Shown: in pieces, positions 55,930 through 64,000 of the stretch
How the letters are laid out: each line of letters starts with the position of its first letter
How positions within the stretch are numbered: position 1 is the stretch's first letter
IMG/VR virus record: IMGVR_UViG_3300020577_006105
DNA from: a virus
Taxonomy: Duplodnaviria > Caudoviricetes
Length of the DNA: 64,000 nucleotides
Direction: 5' to 3' (one strand)
Position numbers and translations under genes: made by a program
Notes under the pieces: model-generated
Told to the model about the DNA's origin: nothing
The model's input: the letters and a program-made list of their open reading frames with translations, nothing else
Databases searched by the model: none

Positions 55930-56658
55930 ATGATAGAAGACAATCAACTCGAAACTGCAAAAAAGATGCGCGAATTGTTAAACGAAGCGCGTCAAAATCG
56001 CCCAGCACAAATAGCAAGTGAGACTGTTACTGTGACTACTGCAGAATTAGAAACCTGGGCACCTAGTGTGCAGGAAGATGAGTTCTTGTTGCGTATTCAG
56101 TTTGAGGGTGAAACCTATTTATGTTGCTTGAGAGAACCGACTTGGCGCGAGGCTGCGGCAATTGAAATGTATGCATTCAGAAAATCACAAGACGGCAGAG
56201 AGTATTTCGCCGGCGAATACGAGCGCAGAGAACTTCTTAAAAAGTCACTTATATGGATTGCAGAAATAGGAACGAAAACTGTCCACAAACCAGATATCTC
56301 TCAACTCTCATATGATTTCGTGGTTCAACTCTGGGAGCACGCTTCTAAAGTGTTCTTCGTACAGTTTGGAGAAGCGCAAGCACTATACGCCTCTGCCAAA
56401 TCATTCTTCTCTGGAGAGCTTGGACACCCAGTGCATCCAGTCATATTGGATGTTGATGGAATCATCAAGCGCGTGTTTGTGTTTAATGCTACAGAATGGC
56501 GGTCGGTAAAAATGTCTGATTATGAAAGGTATCAGATTGTCTGGATGGCATATAGTGAACCTGAATCATCCATGCCAACACAATCAGATGATTCAGAAAA
56601 CTCACCGGCATCAGACCCAAGGCTGAGAGCGTTACTTGGAAGGATGAATCGCAGATGA
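55930..56658 (+). CDS. Hypothetical protein, possible tail chaperone (242 aa)
   Basis: LREPTWREAAAIE..ELLKKSL; tail-gene context. Confidence 0.5.
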   Translation: MIEDNQLETAKKMRELLNEARQNRPAQIASETVTVTTAELETWAPSVQEDEFLLRIQFEGETYLCCLREPTWREAAAIEMYAFRKSQDGREYFAGEYERRELLKKSLIWIAEIGTKTVHKPDISQLSYDFVVQLWEHASKVFFVQFGEAQALYASAKSFFSGELGHPVHPVILDVDGIIKRVFVFNATEWRSVKMSDYERYQIVWMAYSEPESSMPTQSDDSENSPASDPRLRALLGRMNRR

Positions 56659-56924
56659 CAGCACGGCAAGTCGCCGCCGCACTAAGAATGCAAGCGCATT
56701 CTCTTACCATTGCGCTTAAAAAACTCGAGGAATCCGACACAATTGAACACAAGTCATTGATGCTATTCACACTTCAGGTTATCAAGCAATATGCTAACGA
56801 CAAAGTGGCCCAGGCATTGATGTTAGAGAATCTTGCACCTCAACTCGAAGGTATACAATTCGATGTACTAGATGAATGTGTAGATTTAACACCGCTGGGC
56901 ACTCCGCCAGTGGATATAGACTAG
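56655..56924 (+). CDS. Hypothetical protein (89 aa)
   Basis: ORF track; ATGA overlap. Confidence 0.55.
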   Translation: MTARQVAAALRMQAHSLTIALKKLEESDTIEHKSLMLFTLQVIKQYANDKVAQALMLENLAPQLEGIQFDVLDECVDLTPLGTPPVDID

Positions 56925-57772
56925 AATTCCATAGCACCATCGTATAGCGAAAGTACTTCATAGCTCTCGAGTAAATTGGTGTGTGTTTCGAAGTATTCGC
57001 GCTGTGTGTTGAATGCGAAATGTGCCATTAGGCTACCCCCATACATGCAATTGTGTTTGTGAATTTGACCTGGTTTTATTTTGGTCAACCAAACTTCTTC
57101 TAGATAGTCACAATTCTCATCTGCGACCACGCCTCCAAATTTTGCGAATTCCTCGCCAATCCAACTGATGCAATTGATGGGTGCCTGAGCATAGTCTTTG
57201 ATAACCACACTTTCAAATAACCACTTGTGAGCGTCGTTATTCTCTATTGACTCAAGAAGTTTTTCGTGATGCAAAATGCCCCACTTTGATTCACGTTGCC
57301 ATTTCCTAAACGATTTTGATGGGAATTTGACGAGCCCAAGAGCGGAGTGTATTTCGGCCGTGTATCCATTGTTGAAAATACCCGGATACACCAGAAAGTA
57401 TTCTGGATTGTCAATTCTGTAATCAATTAACGCCTTTAAGGCCCCAGGCATCATCCAACAAATATCATCATCGAGTCTAACATACACTGTGTCAGGTTCT
57501 GTGCAGTTTTTGAAGAATTGGCATATTAGCCTGACCCTTCGGTTACCTTTCCAATCAGGCTTAGGGTCATCAAGGTATTCTGCTTCAAAAAAATCAGGGT
57601 CTGAGTCGACTTGTTGTTTGATGTACTTAATGTCTTCTGCGTTGTTGGTATTGACCCAAAATCTGTATTTGTCAATGATTGCCTTCTCACGCAATACATA
57701 CGGCATAAGCACATTGAGGTACCGTCTTCGACCAGCAGGTGTAACTACAACTATGCGCTTGCCACGATACAT
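56921..57772 (-). CDS. GT-A glycosyltransferase-like protein
   Basis: VVVTPAGRRRYL..VYVRLDDDICWM..INCISW..EEVWLT..AHFAF. Confidence 0.7.
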   Translation of the reverse strand: MYRGKRIVVVTPAGRRRYLNVLMPYVLREKAIIDKYRFWVNTNNAEDIKYIKQQVDSDPDFFEAEYLDDPKPDWKGNRRVRLICQFFKNCTEPDTVYVRLDDDICWMMPGALKALIDYRIDNPEYFLVYPGIFNNGYTAEIHSALGLVKFPSKSFRKWQRESKWGILHHEKLLESIENNDAHKWLFESVVIKDYAQAPINCISWIGEEFAKFGGVVADENCDYLEEVWLTKIKPGQIHKHNCMYGGSLMAHFAFNTQREYFETHTNLLESYEVLSLYDGAMEF

Positions 57773-57773
57773 A

Positions 57774-58547
57774 CTACAGTTTATACTGCGGTAGTTTTAC
57801 ATACAGGTCGTCGTTATTGCTGTCAAACAACTTGCGATTTATGCTCACGATGTCGCCTGGTGTGTCAGCATGAGATGTTCGCACATGTTCAAAATCAATA
57901 ATGCCAATCGAGGGTTGTTGTTTGAGACTTTTGTATTCGTAATCAAGCGTGAAGATTTTCCCAATGGCGGCAATTGGGGTTAAGTATGCACCGTAATCCT
58001 GGTTCATGCCAGACAAAAACGCCCTTCTTCCATAAGACAGATGCTCAAAACCAAACATATGGTACTTTTCGTCAAATCCACCAATCTTCTCCAGAAGTTG
58101 CTTGCTGAAAAACATACAGCACCCCATACCCCACTCGCTAATGTACATTCCGGCTCGTTCCGACCTTTGGTCCGGAAACCAAGGAGTATAAGTCAGGTGA
58201 TGCACATTGTTGTGGTTCATGGTATGAATATAGGACTCAACCCAGAATGCCTCATTAGGAAAACTGTCGTCATCAAACAGGAAGACAACATCGTTATTTG
58301 ACATCATTGATAAGCCAAAGTTTTTGTTGGCGGCAACGCCAATTCTTGTTTGATGGTAGTGATAGTTTATGCCCCAATGTTCACATGTTAATTTGTTTTC
58401 TGTTGCACAATCAGTCGCACTGTTGTCATCACACACCAAGATGTCAACTGTATGTTCGGTTGGGAAATACGCTATAAAATGCGCCAGGCACATCTTCAAA
58501 TGCGCCTGGCGATTTCTGGTTGATATAGCTATACCAATGTTAGACAT
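57774..58547 (-). CDS. Glycosyltransferase family 2 (paralog of 52725..53546)
   Basis: IGIAISTRNR..VCDDNS..GVAANKN..FLFDDD..IGGFDEKYHMFGFEH. Confidence 0.85.
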   Translation of the reverse strand: MSNIGIAISTRNRQAHLKMCLAHFIAYFPTEHTVDILVCDDNSATDCATENKLTCEHWGINYHYHQTRIGVAANKNFGLSMMSNNDVVFLFDDDSFPNEAFWVESYIHTMNHNNVHHLTYTPWFPDQRSERAGMYISEWGMGCCMFFSKQLLEKIGGFDEKYHMFGFEHLSYGRRAFLSGMNQDYGAYLTPIAAIGKIFTLDYEYKSLKQQPSIGIIDFEHVRTSHADTPGDIVSINRKLFDSNNDDLYVKLPQYKL

Positions 58548-60121
58548 CAGCGAATGATTTGCTTGTAGACGTCAAAAGTCTTTTTGGCGATATGCTTCCA
58601 GTTAGTTGCTTTTAAGAACCTCACTCGGCTGTATACCTGAGAGTTTTTGACGTCGTTGTCCTTAAAGATGTTGTCAATCGCGTTATACATTGCATCATCG
58701 TCAATGCACTTTGTAGCAACATCGTCAAGGTCATCAAACAAGTGTACAGAACTTACAACGAGTGGTGTCTCTGTGCCGGCGACCACCCTGGCTATACCAG
58801 ATGTTGCACGCACCTCGTGGTCAGGGTGGCTTTGATATGGCAATACGCACACACGAGTTGTTCTGATAAATGACAACAATACCTCTTTGGACACAAACCC
58901 ACGGTTTACCGTTACATTTGATGAAAGCCCAAGTGCATCTGCGGTTTCAATGATTTGTGCATATAGCGCATCATGTTCCTTCATTGTGTGTGGGTTTTCT
59001 GAGCCCTGAATGATGTAATGCACATCAGGGTATTTCTTTTTCAGTCTGGCCACAATATGAAGCATCCTTACATGACCTTTGTATCCAAACATGAACCCTG
59101 GGTGAAATATAGTGTGCTTTGTGTGCCATGTGTTCCACATACTCGGCAACAGTTCTGGCGCATCTTGTGTACCAGCAAGAACCTCTGTGCCATGTGGTAT
59201 TGTGTGTATTTTGCTTGGCTGAAGTCCTTTCTTTACAAGACAGTCCCTTCCGGCCTCTGTGTGAACAATGATGTTTGGTGAAGACACTTCTGTTACAACC
59301 TTATCCTGGTGCTCATAAACACTATGGAACGTGGTGAGCACCGGAATTTTACGACCCTTTAGCCAGGTTACCAAAGATGTGTACATGTAAGCCCTTGCAA
59401 AGAACCCATACTCATGACCAATATGCACGACATGGGGCTGATATTCGAGCAATTCGTGCATAAGTTTGGATTTTGGATGCTCGTGTCTGCTCCAGCAGCG
59501 CAACACCCACTCAGGGTCTCGGTCGAGTCCTTGGTTTTTGTCTGTATCGGCGTACTCTGCGAATACCTTAACATCGGCGTACTCTCTCAGATATGGAACA
59601 AGTTCCTCGTTGTATGTGGCGATTCCACACGGTGTGCCCCACACACTGACATATGCCACTCGAAGTTTTTCGTTTTCACCAACACGGGGCTTATTGACCT
59701 TGTGTGGTTTTTTGGTACACCAGAAATATGGCATTGCTATGATGTTCAAAAGCATAACTAAAATCGAAAGCCATGAGCATCCATGCGCTGGGCATCCACA
59801 ATGGGGTGCATGACCACAATGTGGATGCCAACCACAATGCGGCGGCCAGCATCCGCAATACTCGCTGTCATATGGGTCTATGTGACACACTTTGTGCAAT
59901 GAGTCAATGATGCTTCTGAGCAAGAACTCTACATAAGCACACATAGCACAACCAATCCTATCAAGTGTCTTTCCGGCATATCCGAAGCACAGTCCAATGT
60001 ACGCCAATACGAGTAGAGGGATACCAACGACGAAAAAGAACACCGAAAGCATTACACACAGAATGCCCGATGATATTTTCTTGATAAGCGATTTTGTTGC
60101 TAGTGGTTTATGTTCTTGCAT
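58547..60121 (-). CDS. Glycosyltransferase family 4 with N-terminal membrane and Cys/His-rich extension
   Basis: CGIATYNEEL..VHIGHEYG..TTFHSV..IIVHT..IPHG..GFMFGYKG..VLPY..SG..PLVVS. Confidence 0.85.
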   Translation of the reverse strand: MQEHKPLATKSLIKKISSGILCVMLSVFFFVVGIPLLVLAYIGLCFGYAGKTLDRIGCAMCAYVEFLLRSIIDSLHKVCHIDPYDSEYCGCWPPHCGWHPHCGHAPHCGCPAHGCSWLSILVMLLNIIAMPYFWCTKKPHKVNKPRVGENEKLRVAYVSVWGTPCGIATYNEELVPYLREYADVKVFAEYADTDKNQGLDRDPEWVLRCWSRHEHPKSKLMHELLEYQPHVVHIGHEYGFFARAYMYTSLVTWLKGRKIPVLTTFHSVYEHQDKVVTEVSSPNIIVHTEAGRDCLVKKGLQPSKIHTIPHGTEVLAGTQDAPELLPSMWNTWHTKHTIFHPGFMFGYKGHVRMLHIVARLKKKYPDVHYIIQGSENPHTMKEHDALYAQIIETADALGLSSNVTVNRGFVSKEVLLSFIRTTRVCVLPYQSHPDHEVRATSGIARVVAGTETPLVVSSVHLFDDLDDVATKCIDDDAMYNAIDNIFKDNDVKNSQVYSRVRFLKATNWKHIAKKTFDVYKQIIR

Positions 60122-61160
60122 TGTTTTTCTCTATGAGAGTTTTCCATGATGAATCAAAGTCGTTCCACAGGCTTTGTGCAACGTTGCATTGATACCATGA
60201 ATCCGTATTTATAGCCTCGGCCGCAACCGTTGCTTCTATTAGGCTTTCGTGTGTTGCGGCCCATATGTTTACAGCACACTGTTCAGCCTTGATGTATCTG
60301 ACAAACTGTTTGTTTTTGTCATGGTGAATTAAGTCTACAAATCTTGTTTTAGAAGCCACTGCTGTGGTCGAAGCGTGGTATCTCATCGAAAACACCAACT
60401 CACATTTGCTGATGCTCTCTGACAGGTCTTTCCAAGGCATATGTGAAACCTGCCATGTTGCTGATTTCTTGTTTTGCATGTATCCAAAAACCACCGCAGC
60501 TATCAACCTGTCATCAATCTGGGTACTCACATGACAGGGCAAGAATTTCACTTTCCATCCAAACGATATCATCCAGTCCAAATGATGTGCCAGGACTCGA
60601 GCAAATTGGTGTGCGCGTTGGTGAAGATATACGTTATCGTTGTTGAACAAATCGTTCATTGGATACGCATTAAGTAGCACCCCAATGGTTTTTGGTTCTT
60701 TTTCCGTGTGTAACTGTTCTCGGAGTGTCAATGATATATCTGGCAAAAAGCTCGATTCAATATCAAGGTTGTAGAGTATGTCTTGTGATTCCATATCTCT
60801 TACCCACCATTTTGCATTTAGACTCTCAAGTTTTTTGCTAAAATCACTGTTACTCAGGTAGTCCTGTGTAACGCCGACATTCAAAAACACAACCCTGCCA
60901 TCTTTTGGCAACAGGTCAATCATTCCATCTTTGAATGCCCAGAAACCTGGGCCTATGATGTTGCCACCACCAATGACAATCCAGTCGCTGTCTAAGAATG
61001 AATGGTCTTTCATACCATTCAAAATATCACCCTTGCATACGTCAGAGTAAACTTTTACTTCGCTATCGCTAGTGCTAAGACGCTGGCTCAAGCATTCGGC
61101 CATTAAATCGTCGCCGTAATTGTTTTTGCCGTAGAAACCGCACAGTGATATTGATGACAT
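60108..61160 (-). CDS. Polysaccharide pyruvyltransferase (CsaB/WcaK-like)
   Basis: GFYGKNNYGDDLM; VIGGGNI; WVRDMES; LPDI; FSMRYHA. Confidence 0.85.
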   Translation of the reverse strand: MSSISLCGFYGKNNYGDDLMAECLSQRLSTSDSEVKVYSDVCKGDILNGMKDHSFLDSDWIVIGGGNIIGPGFWAFKDGMIDLLPKDGRVVFLNVGVTQDYLSNSDFSKKLESLNAKWWVRDMESQDILYNLDIESSFLPDISLTLREQLHTEKEPKTIGVLLNAYPMNDLFNNDNVYLHQRAHQFARVLAHHLDWMISFGWKVKFLPCHVSTQIDDRLIAAVVFGYMQNKKSATWQVSHMPWKDLSESISKCELVFSMRYHASTTAVASKTRFVDLIHHDKNKQFVRYIKAEQCAVNIWAATHESLIEATVAAEAINTDSWYQCNVAQSLWNDFDSSWKTLIEKNNART

Positions 61161-61274
61161 GGACTATAATGCTATCTTAGGAACTCGCCATTTTTTGCCT
61201 TGTGCTTTTCAAAAGAAAGGTCTAAATTGTCCGCGTTCGTAAGTTTCAAACTGTACACTTGTAATTGGTGAATC

Positions 61275-63557
61275 ATGGCAAACAACCCACGCATAGAACC
61301 ATATGTTCGCACAGCAAACACCTTAGACAAAATTGGCCTTGCTAAACAAGCCGATAATGTTGAGGCTTTGATGAGAGTTGGCATGGCAATGGATGCCGGA
61401 CAGCCACTGTTTCACAACACCCAAGAGCACCACGAATATCTTGAGTTTTTGCGCGAAGCCAAGAAACTAGTCTCGTCACAGACGGTCAACGAACGAACTG
61501 CTGGCGAAAAGGCGTTTGTACTTGGAGAGATTGACCGATATATTGAGCTATGGTCATTCATGCTTGAGGAAGACCACAAGGTTCGTTTAGCACGAAAGTC
61601 ACTGCCTTTTAGTGCCCGGTTTGCATCGAACATGGATGGAGAACTAACACCAGAGCAGTTATCAATGTTGGGCGTATTATCTCCAGTGTTCCGTAACATC
61701 TGGTTGAATGGAATTCGCGAAGCGTTTGGTAAATCAGACGCCGCATACACACCGAAAGAATTGAATGCACTAGGGTCGAGCCTTGTTAAGAACCTGGAGA
61801 TGCAAGCACTTAGTGGAAGAGAAGACATTTCTACTCGGGGCATGAGCAATGATATTCGCAAGGAGTTAGCAAGGGCTAAAAAGGTGTCTGAAATGGAGCG
61901 CGACCCAGAGCAGATTGCTCAAGTTCAATTTGATGGACTTTCGAGTTTGCAAACACCAGAAGCCAGACAAATTACAGAGTTGTTAGTAAGCAAACAACTG
62001 GAACCAATGATTCAAAAAGCCAAGACACCTCAGGCCAGAGAAGCCATTGCTGCGAACGCAGCGGCTTTGATAAATTGGTTTCTAGAGCCATTGCCAAACA
62101 TTACATCAACTATGAGTCTGGTAGAAGAAAAAGCACGTATGGTCGGAATGCCAAACGATGTTGCGTTGCCCGATGGATTCTTTGAATCATCTGCAGGAGA
62201 CCCTGAGACAGACGGCATAAGGTGGTTTGACCAAGATGAAGTCAATCACTTGTTGAGTCGGTCAAATCCAAAGTATGCAATTACAAATCTTCAACCGTCT
62301 GACACACCGATTCCACCAGACGAAGAGATGCCATTTGACGCAACCTCCGGTCCACAAGATGAAACGAATGACGCACAAACCATCGGTTTAGAAGAGCCAG
62401 TGGAAGCACCAATCACACCAGTCACACCACAACCAAAAGGAAGAAAGGGCAAACAACCAGTGGAAGCACCAGTGGAAGCACCAGTGGAAGAATTGGTTCC
62501 GCCGGCGCCAAAAGGGCGAAAAGGCAAAAAACCTGTTGATGAGCCTGTTCAGTCACCCGTTGGCATAGAGGCGCCCGAAGATGTTCCTGGTGCCGATGTT
62601 GGCATGGAGAACACCGATATCTCAGAACCACCTACACCAGATGATGAGTCATTTGTGCCAACAGATGAACAAATTGTTGACGAAGACCAAGATACGGTCG
62701 ATGAAGTGCCAAGTGGAACTGGTCAAGAATCTACACCAGAAGAAGCCGAGATTGAGCGAATGGCTATGGGTGTAGTCCAAGAGATTAAAAGCATTGAGTC
62801 AAACCCAGACACAACTCCTGAAGTTCTTGCAATTATTCAAGAGCTCAAGGACGATATCGTAAACGGTGGAGAAAAGCGCAAATACGCATTTACTATTGTG
62901 CTCAATAGCCTAATAGATAGCGTGCCTATAGCGGATAGGCAACCAAACAATGAAATTCTTCAATGGCTTGACTCCCAGGAAAACCTAGATGCGCTTTTAG
63001 AAAAGGCGGCATACATTATAGTAACCGCCCTCGGATTGAACCCAAACGATGGTGAAGAAAACACCATACTTGACCAAGAGGAGCACGCACCTGGCACCGA
63101 AGAGACGAAGCCCGGTCAGTATGACGAACCTGAAATGGATTTAGGCGACAACGAATCCCAAGACCAGGTTCCAGAGGATACTGGTTCATGGGTGCCTCGT
63201 CGCCCTCAAGAACGGGCCCTAAAACTCAAAAAGCTGGTTAAATTCTTGGGTGGTATGGGACTCGGCGCCGCAGCTATTTGGGGAATTGTAACCCAGTTGG
63301 CACCCGCAGGCGCGGCAAGAGAAGCTATCCAAACAGTGGATAGTCCTCAGTCTGGATATTCGCAACCAATGCAACAGCAGCCAGAACCTCAGTATACACC
63401 ACCGGTTCAACAAGAGCCTCGGTATACACCACCGGTTCAGCAACCTCAATATACTCCACCTGTGCAACAACCTGCTCCACAACAGCAGGTGCCGCGACAG
63501 GAAAAGCCTAAAACATGGGCTAACGAGTACGACGATTTTTGGGATACACGAAGATGA
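61275..63557 (+). CDS. Acidic Pro-rich protein with C-proximal hydrophobic helix (760 aa)
   Basis: Repeats PVEA, PKGRKGK x2, YTPPVQQ x3; FLGGMGLGAAAIWGIV. Confidence 0.65.
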   Translation: MANNPRIEPYVRTANTLDKIGLAKQADNVEALMRVGMAMDAGQPLFHNTQEHHEYLEFLREAKKLVSSQTVNERTAGEKAFVLGEIDRYIELWSFMLEEDHKVRLARKSLPFSARFASNMDGELTPEQLSMLGVLSPVFRNIWLNGIREAFGKSDAAYTPKELNALGSSLVKNLEMQALSGREDISTRGMSNDIRKELARAKKVSEMERDPEQIAQVQFDGLSSLQTPEARQITELLVSKQLEPMIQKAKTPQAREAIAANAAALINWFLEPLPNITSTMSLVEEKARMVGMPNDVALPDGFFESSAGDPETDGIRWFDQDEVNHLLSRSNPKYAITNLQPSDTPIPPDEEMPFDATSGPQDETNDAQTIGLEEPVEAPITPVTPQPKGRKGKQPVEAPVEAPVEELVPPAPKGRKGKKPVDEPVQSPVGIEAPEDVPGADVGMENTDISEPPTPDDESFVPTDEQIVDEDQDTVDEVPSGTGQESTPEEAEIERMAMGVVQEIKSIESNPDTTPEVLAIIQELKDDIVNGGEKRKYAFTIVLNSLIDSVPIADRQPNNEILQWLDSQENLDALLEKAAYIIVTALGLNPNDGEENTILDQEEHAPGTEETKPGQYDEPEMDLGDNESQDQVPEDTGSWVPRRPQERALKLKKLVKFLGGMGLGAAAIWGIVTQLAPAGAAREAIQTVDSPQSGYSQPMQQQPEPQYTPPVQQEPRYTPPVQQPQYTPPVQQPAPQQQVPRQEKPKTWANEYDDFWDTRR

Positions 63558-64000
63558 CAGATATTGATTTCATTATTGCATATATGCTTGAAAGAGCTTC
63601 ACAACTCGACTCTTCGGGTCGGTTTGCCGAGGCCAATCAAATTGACAGATATGCTCACAAAATCGTTACTGCCGGCTATGGCGGCGGTATGGCTGAGTAT
63701 GTAGGCAAGTTGTTAGATTTAGCCAGGTCTAAGGGCATTGACTATATGAAGGCTAGAATGCAAGAAAGTCGCATTGTTACACTGAACGACGGCACTCCAA
63801 TTATGAAACGCGACGACCCGCCTCAATTTGTTGAAGCAATTGTTGCTCGTGCCAAGGCACTAAAGCTACCAGAAACCAAGGGGTTACAACCAAAATCACC
63901 AGGAATGGTAGACCCAAGATGGTCAGAAGAATCCAGAAAACGAACACAAGATATTGCATCTGGTAAATCCTCATGGCTCAACCAGGCCAAGCCATTCTCT
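63554..64000 (+). CDS. Hypothetical protein, partial (runs off window end)
   Basis: ATGA overlap; MTDIDFIIAYMLERASQLDSSGRFAEANQIDRYAHKIVTAG... appears open to the end. Confidence 0.65.
   Translation, partial: MTDIDFIIAYMLERASQLDSSGRFAEANQIDRYAHKIVTAGYGGGMAEYVGKLLDLARSKGIDYMKARMQESRIVTLNDGTPIMKRDDPPQFVEAIVARAKALKLPETKGLQPKSPGMVDPRWSEESRKRTQDIASGKSSWLNQAKPFS

Noticed and set aside
1-64000. Stop-codon reassignment as in some large phages
   Set aside because: Coding density is high in the standard code, genes end in TAA, TAG and TGA with tight overlaps, and no suppressor tRNA is present

Overview
The window looks like part of a large (jumbo-type) tailed bacteriophage genome read in the standard code. 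There are no host housekeeping genes. It has long, tightly packed virion/tail genes (about 1-25 kb on the minus strand, about 41.6-56.9 kb on the plus strand), several free-standing HNH and PD-(D/E)XK endonucleases, and about 10 glycosyltransferase-type genes interleaved with the structural genes. The standout is an RNA island at about 31.2-39.9 kb that the ORF track largely misses. A perfect sigma70 promoter drives a 37-codon leader peptide in which 12 codons are Asn/His/Tyr (NAY). The leader overlaps mutually exclusive antiterminator and terminator hairpins, the classical attenuator layout. Downstream lie six tRNA genes with only GUN (queuosine-family) anticodons: Asn x2, His x2, Tyr x2. Each pair is preceded by its own mini-ORF with a shared header and codons cognate to that pair (MEDNDNN, MDDHHH..., MESDYNY...). 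The island also holds a roughly 295-nt interrupted tRNA-like RNA, two Y RNAs (one a permuted-tRNA YrlA type), a Ro60/TROVE gene and, nearby, a T4 Rnl1-like RNA ligase. My inference is an inducible system that senses loss of queuosine-family tRNA decoding (for example anticodon-nuclease defence) and replaces or repairs those tRNAs. Protein family calls are from motif recognition by eye; no database searches were run.
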